Source: Bacillus subtilis subsp. subtilis str. 168 (GTDB lineage: Bacteria; Bacillota; Bacilli; Bacillales; Bacillaceae). From it: DNA of 32,000 nt. The stretch lies in the NCBI RefSeq assembly GCF_000009045.1, contig NC_000964.3, forward strand, positions 540,001 to 572,000, read 5' to 3'. The translations under genes and the position numbers were made by a program. The notes under the pieces are model-generated. The model did not search any database and was not told the DNA's origin. It was given only the letters and a program-made list of their open reading frames with translations. The number at the start of each line of letters is the position of its first letter. The first letter of the stretch is position 1. Positions 20,621-30,240 of the stretch are shown here, in pieces.

Positions 20621-20663
20621 CCTCCATATATGGTATCCTTCTTAAGATTACCATATATGGAGG
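20621..20663 (-). promoter_or_regulatory. Perfect 15-bp inverted repeat in the ydeB leader, including the Shine-Dalgarno
   Basis: mRNA sense: CCTCCATATATGGTA-atcttaagaagga-TACCATATATGGAGG-tggatgat-ATG. Confidence 0.8.
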
Positions 20664-20829
20664 TGTAATATCAAAATTTTAATAATAACATGATCGAATT
20701 TTTGATGTCAATAACTTTTTTGAAAAAACAGATCAAGCAAAAACAATAGGGAACGTGTCGGATTTCCAATCAGGAAAAGGTCAATTGATCCGTGTGAGCA
20801 GTTTTTCATTGGCTCAATGACATTACAGA

Positions 20830-21120
20830 AATGATTTGAGTAGATAAGAAAGAACGATATTCGTGAAATGTCAGCTAAAAATATTTAAAGCACATGATTA
20901 AGTTCTAATTTCTTTACCGATTTGATATGGATAACGGCCGACTTACTTAATGATGCATTTTCACTTATCTTGCAAGCAGAAAAAGGTTTGTTGATAAACA
21001 TTTAGCCACCAAATTGGCATTATTATCAGGGAAATTGACAACCTTCAAATGGGTATTGAGGCGAGAAGAAAAATAAAGAAAGGAGAGATTATAAATGAAG
21101 ACCAGAACATAAAGAAGTAA
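20830..21120 (+). pseudogene. Decayed 3' part of a Rap-family gene with a truncated phr start (ATG 21095, MKTRT*)
   Basis: The 3' end reads MGIEARRKIKKGEIINEDQNIKK*, against the RapI tail MSIEARRKIKKGEIIDENQ. Upstream, aatgatgcattttcacttatcttgcaagcagaaaaaggtttgttgat parallels rapI aagaatgcattttcatatctggcttcgagaaaaatgtttgctgat, with frameshifts. phr-like ATG sits at the same offset in the rap tail as phrI. Confidence 0.85.
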
Positions 21121-21143
21121 AGGGGAAAGAACAAGGTTAATTG

Positions 21144-21178
21144 AAAAGCAAACTATATAAAATAGTTTGCTTTTTTTT
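21144..21178 (+). terminator. Terminator after the rap-phr remnant
   Basis: aaagcaaactatataaaatagtttgctttttttt. Confidence 0.75.
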
Positions 21179-21179
21179 G

Positions 21180-21416
21180 TTATGACTTCACTTCTTTTTC
21201 TTTCTCTTTAATGACTAATAAAACACCGCTCAGAATTAAAAACGAACCTATCCAAAATGTCCCGCCTATTTGTTCTCCAAGCAGAATCCATCCGAGTAAG
21301 GTTCCAACCAGAGGCTGAAAAAAGAAAAAGAGGCCTCCACTTGAGGCATTTAATAATTGTAAGCCGTGGTTCCACAATAAAAATGCACAAGCTGTTGAAA
21401 CAATTCCCAAATACAA
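21180..21416 (-). pseudogene. ydzE: YdzE, C-terminal fragment of an EamA/DMT-family transporter
   Basis: 78 aa covering only the last helices (GIVSTACAFLLWNHGLQLL...PLVGTLLGWILLGEQI...GSFLILSGVLLV). N-terminal part missing. Confidence 0.8.
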
Positions 21417-21513
21417 AAGGCCACCTAGAATTTTAGGGTCAAGCAGTAGTGGCGTAAAAATCGTGCTAGGGGAGTACCATTAACAGGGACTCCATTTATT
21501 AATAGAATAAACT

Positions 21514-22389
21514 TTATGAATTCATTTTTTTGTATGATAATGGCGTCATATTCATCGCTTGTTGAAATTTACTTATGAAATAACTGGTACTGTTAAATCC
21601 AACTTGATAAGACACTTCTGTCACATTGGATTCAGGGTGTTGCAGTAATAATAAGCTTTTTTGAATTCTATAATCCATTACATAACGTAATGGCGTCTTA
21701 TTCAGCATTCGTTTAAAATAACGGCAGCATTCAGAACGGCTCAGTTGGCCAGCTTTTGCAATGTCCTCTAATGTGATTTTTTCAACATAATGGAGATGGA
21801 TCCAGTTTAACATTTGTTTCATTCGATGACTTTTTATCATTTCAGATTGATCGTACTCTAATTGAAAACCATTAACGACCAGGTTTTTCCACATTAACGT
21901 TAATTGCATCGTAATGTCAATCTCATAGAGCGATGTCTTTTGTTGAATCAATTGATTTATTTTTTTAACAGCATCTAGAATATTTTTTGCCCACTGTTGA
22001 TTTCCAGCCAAAAATAAATAGGGCAAATTGGTTGAAAACATATAGGGCTGAACATAGCTTGAATACAGTTCCTGAGATAAAACGAAATGGGGTGACACAT
22101 TCAAGCAAATATACGTACAATCCGAGCCTTCCTTTTCTTCGGCCATGTGCAGGTAGCCGCTATTGATAAATAATCCATCCCCTTCGTGAACCTCTATTTT
22201 TTCTTCATTTATTTGAAAGAGAGCTATCCCTTTTAGTATCAAAACAAATTGGATTTCATCATGCCAATGAAGCGGAATATAGCCATTTATATTTTGATTG
22301 ATCGTTGTCTTGTAGCAGGCAACTGGCAATTCTACCGTTCGGTGCTCTGTTAATTCTTTTAAATTTTGATCGATCACAAAATTCTTCAT
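21514..22389 (-). CDS. ydeC: YdeC, AraC-family transcriptional regulator
   Basis: Cupin-like N-terminus (HWHDEIQFVLILKG) plus AraC HTH (ITLEDIAKAGQLSRSECCRYFKRMLNKTPLRYVMDYRI). Start at MKNFVID. Confidence 0.9.
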   Translation of the reverse strand: MKNFVIDQNLKELTEHRTVELPVACYKTTINQNINGYIPLHWHDEIQFVLILKGIALFQINEEKIEVHEGDGLFINSGYLHMAEEKEGSDCTYICLNVSPHFVLSQELYSSYVQPYMFSTNLPYLFLAGNQQWAKNILDAVKKINQLIQQKTSLYEIDITMQLTLMWKNLVVNGFQLEYDQSEMIKSHRMKQMLNWIHLHYVEKITLEDIAKAGQLSRSECCRYFKRMLNKTPLRYVMDYRIQKSLLLLQHPESNVTEVSYQVGFNSTSYFISKFQQAMNMTPLSYKKMNS

Positions 22390-22501
22390 TCTGACTTCAC
22401 ACCTCAATATATTTATATTTTTTCATTCAATTTGAGTATTTTTTATCATGTTTTGCATTTATTATAACACTATTATTATATTTATTAGTGAGGAGTCATG
22501 T

Positions 22502-23461
22502 ATGAATACTTCCAATAGAAGAATGGGATTGTTCTATGTTATCACAGGGGCGACATGTTGGGGGATTGGAGGCACAGTAGCCAAAAAACTTTTTCAAGAA
22601 TATCAAATTGATGTCAATTGGCTTGTAACGACACGCTTGCTTACGGCTGGAATGTTACTTTTAATGCTGCAACTGTTCAGAAAGGATCGTTCCCAGGTTA
22701 TTGAGGTGTGGAAACACAAAGCGTCGGCTGGCCAGCTTCTAATTTTTGGCCTATTGGGAATGCTAGCTGTGCAGTACACATATATGGCATCCATTCAACA
22801 TGGGAATGCTGCCGTTGCTACGTTATTGCAATATTTATCCCCAGTAATCGTCATTATCTACACGCTGTTGCGAAAACAAACGGTTCTTACCAAACAAGAT
22901 ATCATAACTGTTGTACTTGCTTTAGTGGGTTGCTTTTTTTTGTTAACAAATGGTTCAATGTCTCAACTTTCAGTGCCGGCAGCTGCAGTAGTATGGGGAG
23001 TTTTATCAGGATTCGCGGCAGCTTTTTATACTTTGTATGCCGTTGGTTTATTAAATAAATTTGATTCTCTTGTCGTTGTAGGTTGGGCTATGATTATTGG
23101 CGGTTTTGCATTGGGTTTTATCCATCCGCCATGGCAACTGGATTTTCAACGATTAACTGCTGAGGCGTATGCATATATCTTATTCGTGATATTATTTGGA
23201 ACAATGATTGCGTTCTGGTTCTTCATAAAAAGCTTGGAAAGCCTCTCTCCAAAAGAAACAAGCCTACTAGGCAGTCTAGAGCCTCTATCAGCTGTTGTAA
23301 CAACTGTCGTTTGGTTAAAAGCGCCATTTGGTTCTTTTCAATGGATTGGTGCTATTTGTATTATAGGGATAACTTTAATATTGGCTTTACATAAAGAGCC
23401 TTCTATGGAGAGTGAAAAATCGATATTAAAGATTAGGAATCATGCAAATCGGGATATATAG
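22502..23461 (+). CDS. ydeD: YdeD, EamA/DMT-family transporter
   Basis: About 10 TM segments, [16 protein letters not shown]. Start at MNTSNRRMG. Confidence 0.9.
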
Positions 23462-23478
23462 GGGCTTTTTTTGCTTAC

Positions 23479-23570
23479 ATGACCGGTCCGGCAATGAAAA
23501 ACACTGGTGGAGTTTGAGCCCTCTCGGCAGTATCAAAAATACCAAGGGTTTTGACGCCCTAGGTATTTTT
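23479..23570 (+). repeat. Decayed tRNA-Leu 3' end plus terminator module (scar 2)
   Basis: tgaccggtccggcaatgaaaaacactggtggagtttgagccctctcggcagtatcaaaaataccaagggttttgacgccctaggtattttt. Collinear with attR plus terminator at 9880-9976. Confidence 0.8.
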
Positions 23571-23613
23571 TCTTCAAGAACCTTCAATTTTTCTTCTCTG
23601 ATTGAAAAACGTA

Positions 23614-24486
23614 TTACTTTTTTGTGATTGGTATCCAAATTTCACTTTTAAAAGATGGTGATGTTACATCCTTATGCTCGTTCCACAATATTTCTGGACC
23701 TTCTATTTGTTCGTAATTTGACGATGGAAACCATTCGGAATAAATGCGTCCCCATACTTCTTGCAGTGTATCCGGAAATGGCCCGATTGATTCGAATACA
23801 GCCCATGTTGAGGCAGGAACTTCAAGCCGTGAGAAGTTATCTGGACACCGTTTCGTTGTGGCTGCGCCAATATAGTGATCGAGCTCTCCGTTTTCCTCTG
23901 TCCGACCTTCAGAAAAATTCGTGGATGCACTAATGAGGCCTGATGGTGCTACATTAGATAGCTCTTTTAGTTTATTTATTGCTTTTTCATCTAAACTTTC
24001 CCACATAGATGCAATTTCCGGATTAATTCCTTTGAAAATAATAGGAACTCTTTTTTTAATGCCAACGATGCGAAATGCCTCTTTTTCTTCAATACGGTAG
24101 TTCATTTCATTTCCTCCTTTAATTGTTAGCTGGAAGGTCATTCGTGGATAAGCTTTAAGGGAATGGCCATTAAATCTGGCTTTTGATGGGTTTATGCCAT
24201 GTAAATTTTGGAATGCCCGTGCAAAAGAATCTGGTGAGTTATAACCGTACTTTATTGCAATATCAATCACTTTTACATTGCTGTCTTTCAGTTCAAAAGC
24301 TGCAAGAGTAAGACGTCTGCGACGAATATATTCCGATAATGAAATACCTGCAAGGAAGGAAAACATCCTTTTAAAATGATATTCAGAGCAGAAAGCAAGC
24401 TTTGCTGCCTCTTGAAAATCAATATCATTAGTGAGGTTTTCTTCAATATACTTTAACGCCCTATTCATACTTTTAAGCAAATCCAT
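23614..24486 (-). CDS. ydeE: YdeE, AraC-family regulator with a C-terminal GyrI-like effector-binding domain
   Basis: N-terminal AraC HTH ([37 protein letters not shown]) and C-terminal GyrI-like domain ([20 protein letters not shown]). Confidence 0.9.
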
Positions 24487-24712
24487 TTATTTGGCCTCCT
24501 TTAACCAAAGAATAACAGGAGTGAAATGTATTTATCCGACATTCTGTGCACAGTTTTGCAGGATGACTTATATGAAATAAAGTAAGTGATTCACTTGTAT
24601 TTGTACAGGTTTTATTGAAGCATGCTGTTCATAAAAAGGCATCAATAAAAGAAAGTTATAATTGTCTTATAAACGGCACATTCATATAATTGAGTGAAAA
24701 AGGATGCGTATC

Positions 24713-26101
24713 ATGCCTATCAATTCTTTTGAAAATTATCCGATGAGCTGGAAGCCATCGATTGATAAAGCTGAAAAGCCTATTTATAAAGCACTTGCAG
24801 GGCAATTGGAACAGGATATTTTAAACGGAGTTTTATTACCTGGAACAAAACTTCCTCCACAGCGAGAATTGGCCGATTATCTAGATTTAAATGTGAGTAC
24901 GATTTCAAAAGCATTTAAAGTGTGTGAGTTAAAAGGGCTGCTGAGTGCGACTGTAGGGAGCGGCACATTTGTATCGTATGATGCGTTGTCGAATGCGTAT
25001 TTACTTGAGGATACTAAGCCGACACATTTAATTGAAATGGGAGCAATACTTCCAGATCACGCTTCATATGAGCCCTTGTTATACCAACTGAAAAACATGG
25101 TTCATGAGGAGGATTATGAAAAATGGTTTAGCTATGGCCGGGCAGGTGAAAGCCTTTGGCAAAAAGATGCAGCTGTAAAGCTCATCCAAAGAGGCGGATT
25201 TGAAACATCCGTTGATCACATTTTATTTGCAAATGGAGGGCAAAATGCGATTGCAGCGACATTGGCGAGTCTTTGTAAGCCTGGAGATCGCATCGGAGTT
25301 GACCATCATACGTACCCTGGATTAAAAACTGTTGCATCATTGCTTAGTGTGCAAATCGTACCGATAAAATCAGAAAACGATGAAATGAGTCCGGAGTCAC
25401 TTGAATATGCGTGTAAAAACGAAAATATTAAAGGTTTGTATTTAATCCCGGATTATCATAATCCGACGACTTCCTTTATGTCTGTTGAGAATCGAAGAAT
25501 GGTTGCAGACATTGTAAAGAAATATAATCTGTTTGTTATTGAGGATGCATCGTACCATCTTCTCAACAAAAATCCGCTTCCGGCACTCGCCTCATTCGCA
25601 CCGCAACAGGTTATTCATATTGCAAGTTTATCAAAATCGTTAGCGCCAGGCCTGCGTTTGGCTTATGTAGCAGTGCCGAGACAATATAAGGAGCCAATAT
25701 CAAAGGCGCTTTATAATTTAAATATAACTGTTTCCCCGCTATTAGCTGAACTTACTGCTCGCACGATTGTATCAAATCAATTTGAAGTCTTAATTGAGAG
25801 TCATCGTGAACAAACCATTCGCAGAAATCAACTCGTAAACCGATATGTTGCGGGATATACATGTTTAGGTGTTGAAACAGGCATTTTTCGTTGGTTGTTG
25901 TTACCGGGTAAAATGTCTGGTGCCGAATTTGAAGAATTGGCTGCTCGACTTGGCGTGCAAGTGTATGCGGCTGAACGCTTTGTAGTGGGAAATAGTTGTC
26001 CTGAAAGGGCTGTAAGGGTTTCTGTCTGTGCACCAAAAACACTTGAAGAGCTTGAACAAGGATTAATGATCCTGAGACGTTTGCTAGACGATCTTACCTA
26101 A
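24713..26101 (+). CDS. ydeF: YdeF, MocR/GntR-family PLP-dependent regulator
   Basis: GntR wHTH (LPPQRELADYLDLNVSTISKAFKVCELKGLLSATVGSGTFV) plus aminotransferase fold (SLSKSLAPGLRLAYVA Lys motif). Confidence 0.92.
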   Translation: MPINSFENYPMSWKPSIDKAEKPIYKALAGQLEQDILNGVLLPGTKLPPQRELADYLDLNVSTISKAFKVCELKGLLSATVGSGTFVSYDALSNAYLLEDTKPTHLIEMGAILPDHASYEPLLYQLKNMVHEEDYEKWFSYGRAGESLWQKDAAVKLIQRGGFETSVDHILFANGGQNAIAATLASLCKPGDRIGVDHHTYPGLKTVASLLSVQIVPIKSENDEMSPESLEYACKNENIKGLYLIPDYHNPTTSFMSVENRRMVADIVKKYNLFVIEDASYHLLNKNPLPALASFAPQQVIHIASLSKSLAPGLRLAYVAVPRQYKEPISKALYNLNITVSPLLAELTARTIVSNQFEVLIESHREQTIRRNQLVNRYVAGYTCLGVETGIFRWLLLPGKMSGAEFEELAARLGVQVYAAERFVVGNSCPERAVRVSVCAPKTLEELEQGLMILRRLLDDLT

Positions 26102-26213
26102 TATTGTTTGCCATACAATTATGACATTGTATGGCTTTTTTGTGCGTGTTATGATGATCCACATCTAGAGGGAGGTTTATACAAAATTGGCTTTTAGAAA
26201 GGAAGGTCAGATG

Positions 26214-27503
26214 ATGTTAGACAAGGACAGCGTAAAAGCAATAGATGTTCAAACTGCTTCATTACAGAGCTACATCAGTTCACCAGAAAAACAAAAATCG
26301 TTATACAAGCGTACACTATTCGTTGTGAGTATCTCACAAATTTTTGGCGGTGCGGGGCTGGCGGCAGGAGTGACTGTCGGTGCGCTTATTGCACAGCAAA
26401 TGCTTGGCACTGATGCGTTTGCTGGTTTGCCTTCTGCTTTATTTACTTTAGGGTCAGCAGGATCTGCATTAATTGTTGGAAGACTTTCTCAACGTTATGG
26501 CCGTCGAACAGGTCTTTCAGCTGGCTTTATGATTGGCGGACTTGGAGCAATAGGCGTTATTATGGCAGCAATCATAAATAGTATTTTCTTGTTATTTATT
26601 TCGTTGCTTATTTACGGTGCAGGTACAGCCACTAATTTACAGGCCCGTTATGCAGGTACAGACTTAGCAAATCATAAGCAGCGAGCGACTGCTGTTAGTA
26701 TAACCATGGTTTTTACTACATTTGGCGCAGTGGCAGGTCCAAGCTTAGTGAATGTGATGGGGGATTTCGCTCTTTCTATTGGTGTTCCATCACTTGCTGG
26801 CCCTTTCATTTTAGCCGCAGCAGCATATATGTTAGCAGGTGTGGTCCTTTTCATTATGCTTCGTCCAGATCCATTAGTTATAGCAAGAACAATAGAAGCG
26901 GCAAATGAAGAGCCTGGTGATAAAGGACATTTGGCGGCAACTGAGCATACAGAAAACAAAAAAGGGATAATCGTTGGGGCAACGGTTATGGTTCTTACCC
27001 AAATAGTAATGGTAGCTATTATGACAATGACACCGGTTCATATGAGACATCATGGGCATGACTTGGGTGCAGTCGGTCTTGTTATTGGTTTTCATATAGG
27101 TGCTATGTATCTCCCTTCACTTGTTACAGGTGTTCTTGTAGATAGGTTGGGACGTACCGCAATGGCTATTTCCTCTGGAACAACGTTGCTTTTGGCAGGT
27201 GTAATAGCAGCATTTGCTCCGGGAGAATCTATGATTCTTCTCGTCATTGCTCTTTCTTTACTGGGATTAGGGTGGAATTTTGGTTTGATAAGCGGGACTG
27301 CCCTTATTGTAGATTCAACTGATACTGCCACACGAGCTAAAACGCAGGGGACAGTGGATGTTCTGATTGCGTTGTCAGGAGCTGCTGGCGGAGCATTATC
27401 TGGAATGATTGTGGCAGGTTCAAGTTACCTCGCATTATCACTTATTGGAGGGATTTTGTCCTTATTACTCATTCCGGTGGTGGTATGGTCTAGGGGCCGC
27501 TAA
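26214..27503 (+). CDS. ydeG: YdeG, MFS-family transporter (listed ORF begins at 26187; starts at 26211/26214 have an RBS)
   Basis: About 12 TM segments. Paralog of YddS. AAAGGAAGG upstream of ATGATG. Confidence 0.88.
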   Translation: MLDKDSVKAIDVQTASLQSYISSPEKQKSLYKRTLFVVSISQIFGGAGLAAGVTVGALIAQQMLGTDAFAGLPSALFTLGSAGSALIVGRLSQRYGRRTGLSAGFMIGGLGAIGVIMAAIINSIFLLFISLLIYGAGTATNLQARYAGTDLANHKQRATAVSITMVFTTFGAVAGPSLVNVMGDFALSIGVPSLAGPFILAAAAYMLAGVVLFIMLRPDPLVIARTIEAANEEPGDKGHLAATEHTENKKGIIVGATVMVLTQIVMVAIMTMTPVHMRHHGHDLGAVGLVIGFHIGAMYLPSLVTGVLVDRLGRTAMAISSGTTLLLAGVIAAFAPGESMILLVIALSLLGLGWNFGLISGTALIVDSTDTATRAKTQGTVDVLIALSGAAGGALSGMIVAGSSYLALSLIGGILSLLLIPVVVWSRGR

Positions 27504-27661
27504 AGGGTAGGATTGTTTAATTTACATTAATTTGTTATATTGTTAGATAAAGTATATTGCAGCATCTAATATTCTAACGAACTATAGTTGCTCCATTAAA
27601 TCTATTATAAAGATTTGACCAGGATTCCTTATAGCTGTGTCACTCACTGCATATTCTTTAA

Positions 27662-28108
27662 TTGAATCACATAAAATGGTTATCGGATTTGAAAAAGGCA
27701 GGATTACTCGCTTTAGGTAAAGGAGTCATAACGTTGTTAAAAAGGTTTTCTCTTGTTATTGTTACACTAATGATGTCTATCGTTGTTGTTTTAGCGGCTG
27801 CTAAAGAGTCGCCTGGAGATCATGTCATCTCATTTGATGAACCTATTATCTTGATGATCTCAATTGGAATCGTTGTATTTTTATTGATCCCTCCATTAGT
27901 CATGTCCTTTTTTGGCAATTTGGTTGTAAGAATAATATCTGGTGTATACCAATGTTTTATCGTTTTCACTTTTCTGGGGCTCATTCCAATTGGATTTCTT
28001 ATTCCCAATGGCTTTTTGACAATTCTAGTTTCTATTGCAGGAACTTTAGTCAGTATAGCTAGTGTTGCCGTAACCTTATGCATTGGCAAGAATAAAAAAG
28101 ATATATAA
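27662..28108 (+). CDS. ydeH: YdeH, membrane protein (TTG 27734 is an alternative start with a better RBS)
   Basis: Multiple hydrophobic helices. Only the internal TTG at 27734 has an AAAGGAG at proper spacing. Confidence 0.75.
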   Translation: MNHIKWLSDLKKAGLLALGKGVITLLKRFSLVIVTLMMSIVVVLAAAKESPGDHVISFDEPIILMISIGIVVFLLIPPLVMSFFGNLVVRIISGVYQCFIVFTFLGLIPIGFLIPNGFLTILVSIAGTLVSIASVAVTLCIGKNKKDI

Positions 28109-28344
28109 TCATCGAATTGTTATTTTTTCAGATTGTCAGTGAAATAATTATACAAAAAGAGAAGGCTTGTGGGCCTTCTTTTTTTGTTGTTGCATCATCC
28201 CCACTTTGAGCTTAATCTATTGAATAATAAGAGAAGGAACCTATAGAAGAATAAAATAAATACCGAGATGTCAAAAATAAAACTGGACTTCATTATTGTG
28301 AATTCACGTAAATGTAAAAAGATTGGAAAGAGGGGAATTCCTTC

Positions 28345-28938
28345 ATGACAAATAGCAGAACAAATCCGAAGGTTGATGAATTTTTAAGTAAAGCGAAAAA
28401 GTGGAAGGAAGAATTTGAGAAGTTGAGAACCATCATTCTTGACTGTGAGCTGACTGAAGATTTTAAGTGGATGCATCCTTGTTACACATATCATAATAAA
28501 AATATTGTTTTAATACATGGGTTTAAAGAATATTGCGCGCTTCTGTTCCACAAAGGCGTCTTATTACAGGATACAGATGGAATTCTCATTCAACAAACGG
28601 AGAATGTACAGGCGGCGCGCCAGATTCGGTTTACAAATGTTCAGGAAATAAATGAGCTAGAAAACATTTTGAAAGCCTATATTCACGAAGCCATTGAAGT
28701 TGAAAAAGCCGGTTTGAAAGTGGATGTTAACAAAAATATTGAATTGAACATTCCTGAAGAACTTCAAAATAAATTCGATGAAATCCCTGCATTGAAAATT
28801 GCTTTTGAAGCTTTGACCCCGGGACGGCAAAGAGCGTACACTCTTTATTTTTCTCAAGCCAAACAATCCAAAACCCGAGAATCGAGAGTCGAAAAATATG
28901 TGCAAAAAATTCTCGATGGAAAGGGATTAAAGGATTAG
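28345..28938 (+). CDS. ydeI: YdeI, DUF1801/YdeI-family protein
   Basis: DFKWMHPCYTYHNKNIVLIHGFKEYCALLFHKG, family-like C-terminus AFEALTPGRQRAYTLYFSQAKQSKTRESRVEKYVQKIL. GGAGGGG-type RBS region. Confidence 0.85.
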   Translation: MTNSRTNPKVDEFLSKAKKWKEEFEKLRTIILDCELTEDFKWMHPCYTYHNKNIVLIHGFKEYCALLFHKGVLLQDTDGILIQQTENVQAARQIRFTNVQEINELENILKAYIHEAIEVEKAGLKVDVNKNIELNIPEELQNKFDEIPALKIAFEALTPGRQRAYTLYFSQAKQSKTRESRVEKYVQKILDGKGLKD

Positions 28939-29289
28939 GCACGCCAAGGTTCAGGCTAAAGGAATAGCATCATAGCGTAATAAGATCATTTCTATAGAAG
29001 AAAAACAAGCATAGTAAGATGCTTGTTTTTTCTTAGGACAACATTCACTTACTGCTGAAATGCTTCTAACATTGTATGCCACTAGACAGCGTTATAAAAT
29101 ATTAATGCAACACCTAGAAATCTATCCAATGAAATAGCTCAATGGTATGGCTCATTACATTTAGAATGCCTAGGAGAACTAATAGAACCGGAAGATTTTT
29201 AGCAAGTTACTACACTCCAAACTTTGTTTTTGTATTAATATACCTTATTAACCATTGTTTTTAGTCAGGTGCAGACAAACGAATACTGA

Positions 29290-29949
29290 TTAATGAATCA
29301 TCATGATATCAATGAGCCGCTTGATTTTTTCATCGTCGCCTGTATCAACGTACACTGTTTTTCTGTTTTTTATGATACTCTCAGTCACTTCCCGCATGAC
29401 GCCTTTTTCTATATCATCAGCGGAATCCCAGCGTAAAGGCACATTATATACATGAATTGTGCCATCCCCATTGCCATGATAAGTGACTGATCCATCCACT
29501 AAACGAGAACCTGCCAACTGGGTCACATTTTCTGGATAGCTGGCACTTGTATCATCATTAGGATTAATTGGCTCGCCAGCCGCAATATGTCGAACATTTA
29601 ATTCATCTATCTCTTGATTAGGTCCAAGTTGAAGCCAAACTCTGGCATATTCAATTTTTTCCGAAGAGTATGCTGCCAATACATTGTCTTCTTTGCTTTT
29701 CTCTTCTGCTGAAGAGGTATCATTTGCAGCTTTTGTTGCGGATTCTTCTGATTCTGTTATTGGCTCCGCTTCATCCTTGCGTATTTTGGTGCTCTCTTCA
29801 GGCTCAGTGTGTTTTTCGTCAGTTTGCACAGCAGAAGCTTGATTTGAAGGTTGTTGTGCTTCTCCATCCTTACTGTCCGTACATCCAGCAAGCAAAATCA
29901 TAAGCAGCAGGGCAGTATTGCAATAACATATCTTTCTGCGTTTCTTCAT
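29290..29949 (-). CDS. ydeJ: YdeJ, lipoprotein of unknown function
   Basis: Signal plus lipobox (LLLMILLAGC|TDS), followed by an acidic/Ser-rich linker. Confidence 0.85.
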   Translation of the reverse strand: MKKRRKICYCNTALLLMILLAGCTDSKDGEAQQPSNQASAVQTDEKHTEPEESTKIRKDEAEPITESEESATKAANDTSSAEEKSKEDNVLAAYSSEKIEYARVWLQLGPNQEIDELNVRHIAAGEPINPNDDTSASYPENVTQLAGSRLVDGSVTYHGNGDGTIHVYNVPLRWDSADDIEKGVMREVTESIIKNRKTVYVDTGDDEKIKRLIDIMMIH

Positions 29950-30240
29950 TTTTTCATTCCTCTCTATTAATTCAGGTCAGCTTCATATATAAGTTTATGT
30001 ATCTAAATATTACCATGGAATAGATAGGATGATATTGAAAACTGTTTAAGAAGAGGAAACGATCTTGAATAGCATCGCGAAAACCTAAGAATCTTAAGAA
30101 GTTTTGCCCCTTTTTCTTCAGGTATTGAATGTAAAGTGGGATATAAATGCAAACAAAAACGAAATGCCTTATCCACCTCGTGTCATGGCAGAAAAAGTGG
30201 GGGATTTATTAGAGCGGATTTGATAATGGCGGCAGGTAAA

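Noticed and set aside
9933-30240. Integrase or relaxase within the two putative accreted blocks
   Set aside because: No ORF there shows integrase, relaxase or VirB4/T4SS features. The mobile-element origin therefore rests on the att-like scars and the rap-phr remnant only.
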